Notes: generated from the letters alone by a model not told the origin. A DNA stretch of 64,000 nt from Nitrosopumilus sp. (GCA_965218785.1 OZ244650.1:384001-448000), one strand, 5' to 3'. Counted from the first letter of the stretch, positions 28,841 to 39,340 are shown. Translations and numbers: made by a program.

Positions 28841-29201
28841 AGAGTCAGACTGGATTTCAATGGTTAACTCGATTGACTTTGATGATAATTCTCTAGAAAA
28901 TAACGGGTGCCACATAAATAAAACTAAACGAGACGTGGATCTAATTCGTTGCATCACATCCATCATTTGATGACATCTCGGAACGTTATTGAAAATATTG
29001 AAAACACAAGAAATGGCTCCCATGTGCACCCAAGCACAATATCTCTCTTTTATGTTACCATACTTGACAGTTTGAGCATCTTTGGAAGTCATTATTTCCA
29101 TTAGTTTTAAAACAGGCAAGTCTAAAACTTGCTGGCTGCAATGAAGAATCAGAGTTATATCTGAACGATGATTGGAAGGCATTTGTCTGAGCTGCCAAAA
29201 C

Positions 29202-29807
29202 CTATCTGCCCGTCTGTTCTTTTATCTTCTCAAAGACGTTTTGTTCTACAAGATTCTGTTCATATAATATCTCCGTAATCTGTAGAATGTTCAAAACCGA
29301 ATGCATCCTTACTCCTAGTTCCGACAGGGCCTTATCTGCCCCCTCCATCCTGTTGACGATCACATACGCGTCTTTTACTGTGATGTCTGCCTTTTTTAGT
29401 GACATTATTGCATTTGCCACCGAACCTCCGGTAGTTGCCACGTCGTCAATCATGACTGCCTTCATCCCATCATGAATTTTCCCCTCGATTGACTTTGATG
29501 TGCCGTAATCCTTTGGCTTGCTTCTCACATAGATTAGCGGCTTTACAGTTTCCATAGACAGTGCAGAGGCAATCACCAGACCGCCTGTGGGGACCGAGAC
29601 AATGGAATCAAACGCATCCAACCCGATATCTGCGGCAATCTCGTTTTGAAGGTATTTTATCATTTTTCTAAACTCATGTGGATAACTTGGAACTAGTCTC
29701 AAGTCTACATAGTATGGACTCTTTTTGCCGCTGGCAAGGGTGAAATCACCGAATTTTATTATGCCATTTTGGTGCAAAAAGACCGCAAACTCTTTTACAA
29801 ACTCCAT
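29202..29807 (-). CDS. pyrE: Orotate phosphoribosyltransferase
   Basis: FTLASGKKSPYYVDLR and IDDVATTGGS. Confidence 0.95.
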   Translation of the reverse strand: MEFVKEFAVFLHQNGIIKFGDFTLASGKKSPYYVDLRLVPSYPHEFRKMIKYLQNEIAADIGLDAFDSIVSVPTGGLVIASALSMETVKPLIYVRSKPKDYGTSKSIEGKIHDGMKAVMIDDVATTGGSVANAIMSLKKADITVKDAYVIVNRMEGADKALSELGVRMHSVLNILQITEILYEQNLVEQNVFEKIKEQTGR

Positions 29808-29857
29808 ATCAAAATTAACTACACTGGATTTATTTTGGTTTGTATTGTATGTGAATC

Positions 29858-30940
29858 ATGCCTGAAATCTGGTTAAATTACGGCCTCACAGACGTCGTTT
29901 TAGACATAAGGGCGGAAAATTTGGAGCAAAAGATTGATTCTGAGGGCAAGATTTTAGAAGATCAGATCATCACTGAAAAACTCAGTGCACTTGATCTGTC
30001 AAAACCCATGGAACTGGTGGTTCTGCATAATTCAAAATCCGTCCAAAAAATCATCTCATCACTGTTTACAATATGTGAGCAAAAATCAAAACCGTTCCCA
30101 AAAATTCTGGCAGATAAAAAAATCCTGAATCTGGTAAAGGCAGGACTGCCTGAAGGAAGTTCCATAAATGAGTTTGACAACGGCGAGCTTTCAAACTCAA
30201 ACCTCGTATTTCTCTCTGAGATGGAGTTTGATGGGCTGTTTGGTTATGAGACCATCTCCACACGTCTTGTCAAAAAATTTGGCTTGGAATCCATGCTTTT
30301 GGCATATGCAAAAAGACAGGGAAATCTTCCGGCACCTGGCCAATATCCACAAAGTCTGGATGAGGCAAAAAAGTTTACCGATAACTTTGAAATTCAGGGA
30401 ATAGAGATAGTTGCAAATTCCAAGGGCATAATTGACTTTTCCATAGGTCATCCATCTGAAACTGTTTCTGCAACAAAAATTTTGGAATCCAACTCGATCA
30501 AGGATGTAGGTCAGCATAAAACAATGATAGTCAGCACCGGCAAGGATGCAAGCAATGATAATCTTGGAAGATCCCTCTCGTCTCTTTGGAACTGTTCAAA
30601 TGCAATAAAAAAAGACGGTCTTGCAATCCTGGTGGCCGAATGCAGTGGCGGTCTTGGCTCTGATGCACTCCAGCGGTACATTGAAGATAGATTGACCCTG
30701 GAGCAGCTGCGAAATCCTGCCAAATACATAGGAGGAATGGAGGATTTACTGTTTCTCTCCGAGATTCAAAGGAACTTTCAAATTGGTTTGATTTCAATCC
30801 TTCCGGAATTTTATGCCAAGAAATTTGACATGGTCTCCATGGCCGGAATAAAGTATTCCATGGATTATATCCTAAAAACGCAGGGTGCACGACAAAAGGT
30901 TGCCGTAGTTGCAGACGGTGCCAGACTTTTACTACGGTAA
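29858..30940 (+). CDS. Lactate racemase (LarA)-like domain protein, degenerate
   Basis: N-terminal LNYG; C-terminal AIKKDGLAILVAECSGGLG and KVAVVADG resemble LarA; the usual DxTR and GxH motifs are not seen. Confidence 0.6.
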   Translation: MPEIWLNYGLTDVVLDIRAENLEQKIDSEGKILEDQIITEKLSALDLSKPMELVVLHNSKSVQKIISSLFTICEQKSKPFPKILADKKILNLVKAGLPEGSSINEFDNGELSNSNLVFLSEMEFDGLFGYETISTRLVKKFGLESMLLAYAKRQGNLPAPGQYPQSLDEAKKFTDNFEIQGIEIVANSKGIIDFSIGHPSETVSATKILESNSIKDVGQHKTMIVSTGKDASNDNLGRSLSSLWNCSNAIKKDGLAILVAECSGGLGSDALQRYIEDRLTLEQLRNPAKYIGGMEDLLFLSEIQRNFQIGLISILPEFYAKKFDMVSMAGIKYSMDYILKTQGARQKVAVVADGARLLLR

Positions 30941-32038
30941 AAGGCCGGGGAGAAACTCTGTCGGCAGCGGTGCGCACAAAACTGCCAATCCTATGATTCC
31001 AATGTATGCCAGTTTCTTGTTTCTTGAAAGCGGTGAGATATCATCTAGCGGACTTGCACTGGGACTCCTTGAGCTCATTACCAGAATCAATATGGCCATC
31101 AACCAGTAGTTTAACAGAACCAGAACTAACATACTCGCGTAGGTTGCATATCTGTGCATCTTTGGGCCAAGTAGCGTTCTTGCCATGTGTCCACCGTCCA
31201 ACTGCCATGCCGGCAGCAGATTCAGAAACGTAATTAAAAACCCGATCCATGCCGCAAACAGAATCGGCGTCATGATGACCTCGTGTCCGCCTGTACCCTT
31301 GCCAAACATTGCCAGACTTGCAGACATTAGCAACGGTTCTCCCTGGGCCCATTCCATCAGTCTGGCATCTGCAAACAGTCCCTCGGCAACATCCTGATCC
31401 AGGATTGGCGCAGTATATGCCCCATAAATTGAGACTATTACTACAATTACCAGTCCTGCAATCGGACCTGCAATGGCCACATCAAATAAGATCTCCCTGT
31501 TGATTGTCAGTCCCCTTGATTGAATAAACGCGCCAAAAGTTGGAATGCCATATATCGGCAGTCCCGGTATAAAGTAGGGCCAGCTTGTTTTTAGTCCGTG
31601 TAATTTTGCAGCAATAATGTGGCCTAGCTCGTGAACTCCTAAAATTCCCAACAATGACACCGTATAGACGACGGCCATCTCCAGGGGATCTCCAATCTCT
31701 ACGATTGAGTTTGTTCCGGCCGTCCTGTAATACCCGTCAATCATTACAAATGAGATTACAACTGCAAACAATATTCTGGGGGTCCATGCGGTGTTTAGCC
31801 ACCTCATCTGTTTTTTCGGGGTAAACTTTTGGATGATTATATGTTTTGAATTGTTGATCTTCTCCAATCTACAAACAAAACTCATACCCTCCAACCTCCT
31901 TGCCAGATTCTCAAATTTGGCCTTGAATTCCGAATCCTCGATTCTAAATTCTAGGGAAAATTCTGCCTTTGTGAAATCGCTGACCTCGAATATGGAATTG
32001 ACTAATGAGATAATCTCTTCTTGCGAGGGTTCCTCCAT
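30932..32038 (-). CDS. Site-2 protease (M50) membrane metalloprotease
   Basis: HELGH, AGP, NLLPAWQLDGGH. Confidence 0.93.
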   Translation of the reverse strand: MEEPSQEEIISLVNSIFEVSDFTKAEFSLEFRIEDSEFKAKFENLARRLEGMSFVCRLEKINNSKHIIIQKFTPKKQMRWLNTAWTPRILFAVVISFVMIDGYYRTAGTNSIVEIGDPLEMAVVYTVSLLGILGVHELGHIIAAKLHGLKTSWPYFIPGLPIYGIPTFGAFIQSRGLTINREILFDVAIAGPIAGLVIVVIVSIYGAYTAPILDQDVAEGLFADARLMEWAQGEPLLMSASLAMFGKGTGGHEVIMTPILFAAWIGFLITFLNLLPAWQLDGGHMARTLLGPKMHRYATYASMLVLVLLNYWLMAILILVMSSRSPSASPLDDISPLSRNKKLAYIGIIGLAVLCAPLPTEFLPGLLP

Positions 32039-32112
32039 CTATTTAGGCTGTATCTTTCCATTAAAATGGGTTTATGGTTTAAAATTAAATATTGATACGT
32101 CCATCCTATAAT

Positions 32113-32610
32113 ATGCAGGTAATTCTCAGGCAATTAGGTGACTGCGATATCAGGCGGGCAGAACCAAGCGATCTGATTCCAGTAATGGAGATTAATTTAA
32201 AGACACTTCCAGAGCATTATTCTGATTACTTTTATGAGAGCCTGCTTGCAGAAATACCGGAGGCCTTTATCATTGCAGAAATCGGCAGAAAACACGTCGG
32301 TTATATCATGTGCAAGACCGAGTATGGCTTTTCAAATTTTAAAAAATTGGGATTCGTCAAAAAGGGACACGTCGTATCAATCGCGGTTCTTGATGAGTAC
32401 AGAAGGAAGGGAATCGGACGGGGGCTAGTTGAGGAATCCGTCAAGGGTGTAAAACTAAAAAACTGCGATGAATTCTATCTGGAGGTTCGCTGCAGCAATA
32501 ATGAGGCCGTACAACTGTATGAAAAGCTGGGATTCGTTATCAGACAGCAGCTGAATTCCTACTATCGAGACGGCGAGGACGCATATCTTATGGCAATTGA
32601 ATTAAGCTAG
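32113..32610 (+). CDS. N-terminal acetyltransferase Ard1/RimI
   Basis: LPEHY, GHVVSIAV, RRKGIG, LEVRCSN, YYRDGEDAY. Confidence 0.92.
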   Translation: MQVILRQLGDCDIRRAEPSDLIPVMEINLKTLPEHYSDYFYESLLAEIPEAFIIAEIGRKHVGYIMCKTEYGFSNFKKLGFVKKGHVVSIAVLDEYRRKGIGRGLVEESVKGVKLKNCDEFYLEVRCSNNEAVQLYEKLGFVIRQQLNSYYRDGEDAYLMAIELS

Positions 32611-32649
32611 GTTCAAACCAATAAATAACTCGCAAAAAAATTCTTTGTC

Positions 32650-32868
32650 ATGAACAAACGTAAAGGAACGGGCATTGTCATTTTCGTACTGTGTATTGGC
32701 GGGTTCTTCCTTTATGCATACCTGCTGATGCTTTCTGAATGGAGTCCCATCGTACTGCAGTTGTCTGTTTTGATGATTGCCGGAGGAATACTCGGCGTGG
32801 TCGCATGGATTGGATATGTCATGGCAACGACTCGGCCATCGTCTGCATCGATCACATCTGATGATTGA
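32650..32868 (+). CDS. Small 2-TM membrane protein
   Basis: Two hydrophobic helices ending WIGYVMATT. Confidence 0.7.
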   Translation: MNKRKGTGIVIFVLCIGGFFLYAYLLMLSEWSPIVLQLSVLMIAGGILGVVAWIGYVMATTRPSSASITSDD

Positions 32869-32881
32869 ATCTTCTGCAGGA

Positions 32882-33718
32882 TCACTTGAAAATCCTGACA
32901 TCTACTACTGTCTGATAATATCTGGGACCTACGGCCCTGACAATCTTTGAACCGAGGATTTCTGATTTTACCGGTGCGACCTGCAGATAATGCTCTTCTG
33001 AGAGTCTTCCTGCTTCTGATTTTTTATCGGCATGAATATGTGAATAGTAATGTATTGTGCCTCCGTCTTTGGTGGTACTTACTGCGTCTTTTAAAAACAC
33101 ATCTGATCTTTCAGGTAGCAGCATCAACGTCCTGTCTGATTTGTCGACTAGCTGTTCTCTGATGATCTCTGATGCATCGCCATTAACTGAGATAATTTTT
33201 CCAGCAAGCTTGTTTAGTTTGATATTTCTTTCACACAGTTTTGATGCGACAGGATTGATATCGATGCTGTACACGACACACTTTTTCTTTTTTGCAGCCA
33301 TTATGGAGAACATTCCGACTCCTGCAAACATGTTAGTTATTACCTCGTCGTCCTGAACCATGTCTGAAATCCTTTCTCTTTCCGTAGACAGGCGGGGCGA
33401 AAAAAACGCATTTTCCACGTCTACTGCGAACCTGCAGCCAAATTCCTTGTATTCTGTTTCGGTACTGTCTTTGCCTGCAATGATCTCCAAATCCCGCGTA
33501 CGAAAATCCCCCTCCACAGCAGAGGCCTGATAAAACACACTTTTGGCTATTTTTACCTCATTTAACAGGGTCTGGCCGATGATTTTTTTCTTTGATAAAA
33601 GCGAATCGGGAATTCTTACTATTATTATCTCACCTATCTGATCAAAGGCGGCAATCAACTCGTCACTTTCTTTTGATGTAAGGATATCCTCCAGTGATTT
33701 TTTTAACATTTTGGCCAT
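32882..33718 (-). CDS. Trm5/Taw2-family tRNA-modifying SAM-dependent transferase
   Basis: FDQIGEIII, FFSPRLSTER, MFAGVGMF, IDINP. Confidence 0.88.
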   Translation of the reverse strand: MAKMLKKSLEDILTSKESDELIAAFDQIGEIIIVRIPDSLLSKKKIIGQTLLNEVKIAKSVFYQASAVEGDFRTRDLEIIAGKDSTETEYKEFGCRFAVDVENAFFSPRLSTERERISDMVQDDEVITNMFAGVGMFSIMAAKKKKCVVYSIDINPVASKLCERNIKLNKLAGKIISVNGDASEIIREQLVDKSDRTLMLLPERSDVFLKDAVSTTKDGGTIHYYSHIHADKKSEAGRLSEEHYLQVAPVKSEILGSKIVRAVGPRYYQTVVDVRIFK

Positions 33719-33861
33719 TCTTTGTAATAGAAATCATGTCAAATCTGTTTTATATGTAATTATTTTCTAAAACAAAAGATCCAACACGCTTCAAGTGGAC
33801 TGGGATATCCCACCAAACCAATACAACAAAACAGTTAATTTCACAAGTCTCAAGAATAATT

Positions 33862-35490
33862 ATGAATCCGGGAATTATTTTTACAATATCCCTTGTTTTG
33901 TTTCTGCCACTATCTGTTCTTGCTCAAAGCCCCCTGCCTTTGGAGGAACCACTAGGTGATATGGAAAAATGCCCTCCTGTTGGGGAAATCTCTAACATGG
34001 AACTCTCATACAGGACAGGTTTTACAAAACTGTTTGAAGAATACAAAACAAGCCAGGGATTTGAAGAATATATCGGGAAGGTTGACTATCAAAAATCCCA
34101 GGATGCGACCGCATTTGCAAGCTCGATAACATCCTCTGAGGAGTTTGCAGTGTTTTATTCAGACACCAATCTGACACCTGAAGAAGAAAAATTAATGATT
34201 CAGATTTCAGCAAAATATCTTGAATTTCTCCGTGATGGAAAAAGCCAACTTTCATCATACACAAAGACTGATTATTCCGAAAAGAAAAACGAGATTGACG
34301 CAGTTCCGGTGCAGGATTCCGGGCTTACAATGTGTGGCGAAGATAAGATGATAGGGCTAGAAGAGTTGGAAAAATCCAGAGATTTACAGAAATTTGCAAT
34401 AAAACAGCTAGTTGATCCCATAATTGCAGATTGGGAAAAAAATCTGGAATTAAAACAAAGTAAATTTCCAGCAGAATTCCCAAAGGAACAACTGGCCTCA
34501 TCTGCAGATATTATAACAGATGAAATCGGTCTCAAGAAAGGGGACTGGGTAAAATACAAGGTGGACATATCTGGCAATGGATCATTTGGAATAGTAAATA
34601 CGCTGAAAAGCAATTATGAATTCGCTGAGATTGGATGTGTTTTTTCAGATGTAGAATGGAATAAATTCGAAATTATCGAAACGGACAACAATAATCCCAC
34701 GATTAAGAGTTCAATCTTTTGTAATGGAGAAGAACATGAACATCCTCTGGCAAATGACTCGTTTACTTTTATCCAGTACTTTATTCCCATTAATGTCAAG
34801 ATTGGTGATATCTTTACAGACGCTGATAATGAATATGAGGTGGTGGGATTTGAAACTGCCTACTTTGATGACAAAGAAATAGACGTGATCAAGCTGCATT
34901 CTGAACAAATAGAGTTGTATGATAATGACGGTAAAATGAAGATAACTGATGAATCACTTTTTGAAAAAAACAGCGGATTGCTACTTGAAAAAAGCACCAG
35001 CATGGAGGCAACTAACATGCCCTTTTTTGGAGACATGTCAGTATCTGTAAAATTGGATGCAGTTGATTATAACATACCAAGAACAGATCCCGGCCAGTCA
35101 TCAGAATATCCTGGAGGCAGCTGTCTTGTCGCTACTGCAACATATGGCTCGGAACTAGCACCCCAGGTACAGCAGCTGCGAGAACTGCGGGATAATTCAT
35201 TACTTCAAACAGAATCAGGAACATTATTTATGAAATACTTTAATGATTTCTACTACTCATTTAGTCCCGTAATTGCAGATTATGAGCGTGAAAATCCGGT
35301 ATTTCGTGAGGCAGTAAAGATTGCAATCACTCCGATGATCGCCTCCATGTCGATTTTAGAGCCTGCTGATATGGATTCTGAAGCAAAGGTTTTGGGATAT
35401 GGCATTTCATTGATTATCCTAAATGTGATGATGTATGCTGGAATTCCCGCGATTGTTATTGTGGGAATCAAGAAGAGAATCCCCCGTTGA
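33862..35490 (+). CDS. Exported protein with a C-terminal CFI-box-CTERM domain and membrane anchor
   Basis: Signal peptide; GGSCLVATATYGSELAPQVQQLRELRDN followed by a C-terminal TM helix and basic tail. Confidence 0.85.
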   Translation: MNPGIIFTISLVLFLPLSVLAQSPLPLEEPLGDMEKCPPVGEISNMELSYRTGFTKLFEEYKTSQGFEEYIGKVDYQKSQDATAFASSITSSEEFAVFYSDTNLTPEEEKLMIQISAKYLEFLRDGKSQLSSYTKTDYSEKKNEIDAVPVQDSGLTMCGEDKMIGLEELEKSRDLQKFAIKQLVDPIIADWEKNLELKQSKFPAEFPKEQLASSADIITDEIGLKKGDWVKYKVDISGNGSFGIVNTLKSNYEFAEIGCVFSDVEWNKFEIIETDNNNPTIKSSIFCNGEEHEHPLANDSFTFIQYFIPINVKIGDIFTDADNEYEVVGFETAYFDDKEIDVIKLHSEQIELYDNDGKMKITDESLFEKNSGLLLEKSTSMEATNMPFFGDMSVSVKLDAVDYNIPRTDPGQSSEYPGGSCLVATATYGSELAPQVQQLRELRDNSLLQTESGTLFMKYFNDFYYSFSPVIADYERENPVFREAVKIAITPMIASMSILEPADMDSEAKVLGYGISLIILNVMMYAGIPAIVIVGIKKRIPR

Positions 35491-35650
35491 TGGAACTGCT
35501 CTTAAATACTGAAATAAATCAATCTTTGTTGATTACATCCTAAATCATGCAATATCGCCTAAATCTTAAATGCACAAAACAAGACAAACTACTCTATAAA
35601 GAAAACTTACATTCCATCTCCAGATAACCATGGGATCTCTCAAGGAGAAT

Positions 35651-37438
35651 TTACTCTTTGTAATAGAAATTTCCAGAAGACTTTTGAGTCTTGTCCATCC
35701 TGCTTTCCAGTTTGTTTACACGTGGCCTGAGACTTCTTTCATCCCTTCTAAATGACATGTCAAGTGATCTTAGGAACCTGTTCATGGCATCAGCTTTTGG
35801 CATCGGCGATGTGGCATGACCTGCAGTACCAGGTTCCCCCTCAAATATTACCATCGTATCAGAAACCAAATCCATCAGCTGTAAATCATGATCAATTACT
35901 ATTGCCGATTTTTCAAAGGAACGGACAAACTTTTGCAGGAATTTTGCAACTGCAATCCTGTCCTCCACATCCAAGAATGCCGAAGGCTCATCTAGGGCGT
36001 ACAGATCCACCTTCTGCAGCAGGCATGATGCAACTGCCACCTTTTGCAGTTCCCCTCCGGAAAGATTCTTGACAGATTTGTTGTAGAGCCTCTTAATTTT
36101 CAACGGATTTAGTATCTGTTCTTCTTCAAGACTTCCCTCGACTGGACTGCCGTTTGCCTTATCCAGCATTGATACGACCTCGACATCAATATCATTTTGG
36201 AGATACTGCGGCTTGTATGCTATCTTTATTTTCTTATCCACGCCCCCCGCATCTGGTTTTTCAACACCTGCAATCATTTTCATCATGGTGGTCTTTCCAA
36301 GCGCGTTTGCCCCCATTATTCCTAAAACCTCGCCTTTTCTCACTCTTCCTGGATCGATTGCCACTGAAAATGATCTGTATCTCTTCTCCAGTCTTGGATA
36401 TGTTACAACGTCACTGCCCTTTTGAAATATGTCCGTAGATGAGGAGGAGACATCAAAGGAGAACTTTTTGTCCCTGAACCTGACATTCTCTGTCGGCAGA
36501 TATCCATCAAGAAAAACGTTGATTCCAACCTTGGTGGACAGAACACTTGAGACAATTCCATATGCGGCAGGCTCCCCATACAACACTTCGATATAATCAC
36601 TGAGAAAATCAAGTAATGTCAGATCATGTTCAACTACCATCACACTTTTTCCAATCTTTGCCAGGCCCTGTATTACGCGGGCGACTCCTATTCTTTGAAA
36701 GACGTCATTGTATGATGACGGTTCGTCAAAAAAGTAAAACTCTGTATCCTTTGATGCGGCAGCAGCTACTGCAATCCTCTGCAACTCCCCCCCGCTTAAC
36801 TCCTTCAAGTTCTGCTCCATGGAATTCTCCAATCCCAGCTCCCTTACTAGTTCCTTGGAAACGCCTCTCTGATCATATTTGTCGATTAACTCCTTTCCTG
36901 TTCCATCAAATGCCTGTGCAATATGATGGACCTGCTGCGGTTTTATTGAAGCATGAATCTGCTTTTGTTTAATTTTTTCAAAATGTTGTTTGAGCTCGGT
37001 TCCGCTATAATGTTTTAAGATCTCATCCCACTCTGGCGGATCCTCATATCTTCCAAGATTTGGTTTAAGATTTCCCGACAGTATGCTGACAACGGTGCTT
37101 TTTCCCATTCCATTTCTTCCCAGCAATCCTACAACCTCGCCTTTTTTCGGGGTGGGCAACTTGTATAATCGGAATGAATTCTGCCCATACTGGTGAATTT
37201 TGTCCGTGGCCAGCTCACTTGCCAGATTTACAATGGTTATTGCATCAAACGGACATACCTTGACACATATTCCGCAGCCATTACAGATATCCTCGTCGAT
37301 CTGGGCCTTGTTTGTCTCTTCATTTAAAACGATACAGTCTGCCCCTGATTTGTTGACTGGGCAGTATTTTATGCATTCCAAACCACATTTTTTTGGCTGG
37401 CATAAATCCTGATCCAATACAGAAACCCTGTGTGTCAT
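35651..37438 (-). CDS. ABCE1/RLI ribosome recycling ATPase
   Basis: N-terminal Fe-S Cys motifs, two Walker A, two LSGGELQ, FRRD..RPRVNK. Confidence 0.96.
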   Translation of the reverse strand: MTHRVSVLDQDLCQPKKCGLECIKYCPVNKSGADCIVLNEETNKAQIDEDICNGCGICVKVCPFDAITIVNLASELATDKIHQYGQNSFRLYKLPTPKKGEVVGLLGRNGMGKSTVVSILSGNLKPNLGRYEDPPEWDEILKHYSGTELKQHFEKIKQKQIHASIKPQQVHHIAQAFDGTGKELIDKYDQRGVSKELVRELGLENSMEQNLKELSGGELQRIAVAAAASKDTEFYFFDEPSSYNDVFQRIGVARVIQGLAKIGKSVMVVEHDLTLLDFLSDYIEVLYGEPAAYGIVSSVLSTKVGINVFLDGYLPTENVRFRDKKFSFDVSSSSTDIFQKGSDVVTYPRLEKRYRSFSVAIDPGRVRKGEVLGIMGANALGKTTMMKMIAGVEKPDAGGVDKKIKIAYKPQYLQNDIDVEVVSMLDKANGSPVEGSLEEEQILNPLKIKRLYNKSVKNLSGGELQKVAVASCLLQKVDLYALDEPSAFLDVEDRIAVAKFLQKFVRSFEKSAIVIDHDLQLMDLVSDTMVIFEGEPGTAGHATSPMPKADAMNRFLRSLDMSFRRDERSLRPRVNKLESRMDKTQKSSGNFYYKE

Positions 37439-37531
37439 GTCGTAGTTCGGTATTTTCTTTGCTTTATACCTATTTTGGGCGCTAAAATCCCAGCGTTACG
37501 TTAATAGATGAGAATCTGGCATCAATCTACA

Positions 37532-37647
37532 AGCCGGCCATAGCGTCAGGGTGCGACCCAATCCCATTCCGAACTTGGAAGTCAAACCTGACGTCGCTGT
37601 TGTGCTACTAAGATGCGAGAGCCCTTGGGAAGCAACAGTGCTGGCAT
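37532..37647 (+). rRNA. rrf: 5S rRNA (stand-alone)
   Basis: GCCGGCCATAGCG...CCCATTCCGAAC...GAAGTCAAACC...GTGCTGGC; helix I GCCGGC/GCTGGC; ends approximate. Confidence 0.92.
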
Positions 37648-37703
37648 TTTCAATCAATCAATCAATCTTTTAATATCCAGTTAGTTTGGTTGATGTAATT
37701 CCA

Positions 37704-37832
37704 ATGCCTAACTGTTCTGTTTGTGGAGAGTCATGCGACAATGACATCCGGCTGCTAAATCATCTGATGGAGAAACACGGCTGGAGAAATCCCAATATCG
37801 CCAAACCTGATAGAAACAGCAGGGGATACTGA
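37704..37832 (+). CDS. 42-aa C2H2 zinc-finger protein (below the ORF-track cutoff)
   Basis: MPNCSVCGESCDNDIRLLNHLMEKHGW... fits C-x2-C-x12-H-x4-H; TTTTAATA at 37668-37675. Confidence 0.72.
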   Translation: MPNCSVCGESCDNDIRLLNHLMEKHGWRNPNIAKPDRNSRGY

Positions 37833-37834
37833 TT

Positions 37835-39307
37835 TTACAGATTCTGCAGATAATCCAGGATCAGCCTTACACCAAAACCCGTAGCCCCCTTTGGATTGTA
37901 TGATTTTTCCTTGGTAGATGCCTGCGTCCATGCAACTCCGGCAATATCGATATGAACCCACGGGGTTTCTTTGATGGCATTTTTCAAAAACGCCGCAGCT
38001 GTAATGGTTCCTGCCGCCCTGCCTATTCCGACATTTTTCATGTCTGCAACATCTGATTTTATCATGTCCATATAGTCCTGATTCAGCGGAAGCTCCCAAA
38101 CCTCTTCTGTGGTTCTATCTGATGATTCACTGATCCTCTTTGCCAGTCTTTGATTGTTTGAAACCATTCCTGCAACATTGGTGCCAAGTGCTACGATGCA
38201 TGCCCCAGTCAGGGTCGCAAAATCGATTATTGCTTTTGGTGAATAGCGGCTTTCCCCGTATGCCAGTGCGTCAGCTAAAATCAGCCTGCCCTCAGCATCC
38301 GTATTTAGAATCTCTGCCGTCTTTTTATTATACAACCTTATGATGTCCCCCGGTCTGTATGATTCCCCGCCTGGCATATTCTCCACTGATGGAATTATTC
38401 CAACTACGTTGACTGGCAGTTTTAATTCAGAAACTGCCTTCATTATTCCAAGAACCGTACAGCCGCCACATTTGTCAAACTTCATCTCATCCATTCTTTC
38501 TCCGGGTTTTAATGAAATTCCCCCCGTGTCAAATGTCACTGCCTTGCCAACTAGGACGACGGGCTTTTCGCTTTTTGGTCCACGATTATATTCCATGATA
38601 ATTAACTTGGGTTCATTTTTACTGCCCTTCCCTACTGCCGTAATCCCGCCAAAGCCACGCTTCCTTAATTCGGATTTGGAAATTACGCTGCATTTTATGC
38701 CGTTCTTTTTGGAGATAGCCCTTGCAAAGTTTGCCAGCGTGACTGGCGTACATTCGTTTGGAGGCAGATTGGCAATACTTTTGGTAAATATTGCGCCTTC
38801 TGCGACGATCTGAGCTGTTCTGAGCGCCCGTGTGGTATTACTTGATTTGGCAGCTATGACTGTCAGTTCAGGAGAACTGTCAGTTTTTTCTGCCTTGAAC
38901 TTGTCAAATTTGTATAGTGCCATTTTGCAGCCCTCTACAATCTGACTGATTGATGAAATCTGCCCAGCTACAAAACTCGGAGGCGCTATTATTGAAAATT
39001 CATCCAGCCTCAACTCTCTTGCCTTTTGTGCAATCCTGCCTGAAACAGATCTGACTGTATCTCCTGTCATCTCTTCTTTCTTCCCCAGTCCTGCAAGCAG
39101 AACTCTTTTTGCTGGATTTTTTCCTGTAATTGGAATTACGGTTAATCTCCCCCGTTTGCCTTCCATGTCTTTTAGGGACTGGCCGATTGCAACTGATGCG
39201 GCAGCGTCAAATTTTTCCAGTCCCAGAACCCTGTTTGAACCTTCTAGTACAAATCCGCACAAAAGCTGTGTCTTCTTTTTTGTGGAACTCTGGGTTTTTA
39301 CCCTCAT
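37835..39307 (-). CDS. pepA: Leucyl aminopeptidase (M17)
   Basis: GKAVTFDTGG, MKFDKCG, NTDAEGRL, HIDIAG. Confidence 0.95.
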   Translation of the reverse strand: MRVKTQSSTKKKTQLLCGFVLEGSNRVLGLEKFDAAASVAIGQSLKDMEGKRGRLTVIPITGKNPAKRVLLAGLGKKEEMTGDTVRSVSGRIAQKARELRLDEFSIIAPPSFVAGQISSISQIVEGCKMALYKFDKFKAEKTDSSPELTVIAAKSSNTTRALRTAQIVAEGAIFTKSIANLPPNECTPVTLANFARAISKKNGIKCSVISKSELRKRGFGGITAVGKGSKNEPKLIIMEYNRGPKSEKPVVLVGKAVTFDTGGISLKPGERMDEMKFDKCGGCTVLGIMKAVSELKLPVNVVGIIPSVENMPGGESYRPGDIIRLYNKKTAEILNTDAEGRLILADALAYGESRYSPKAIIDFATLTGACIVALGTNVAGMVSNNQRLAKRISESSDRTTEEVWELPLNQDYMDMIKSDVADMKNVGIGRAAGTITAAAFLKNAIKETPWVHIDIAGVAWTQASTKEKSYNPKGATGFGVRLILDYLQNL

Positions 39308-39340
39308 GCCAAGTCTACATCCAAGTGTTATTTAGATTTA

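Noticed and set aside
28769-29182. 137-aa minus-strand ORF
   Set aside because: No motifs, atypical composition, and overlaps the AbiEii-like fragments on the other strand.
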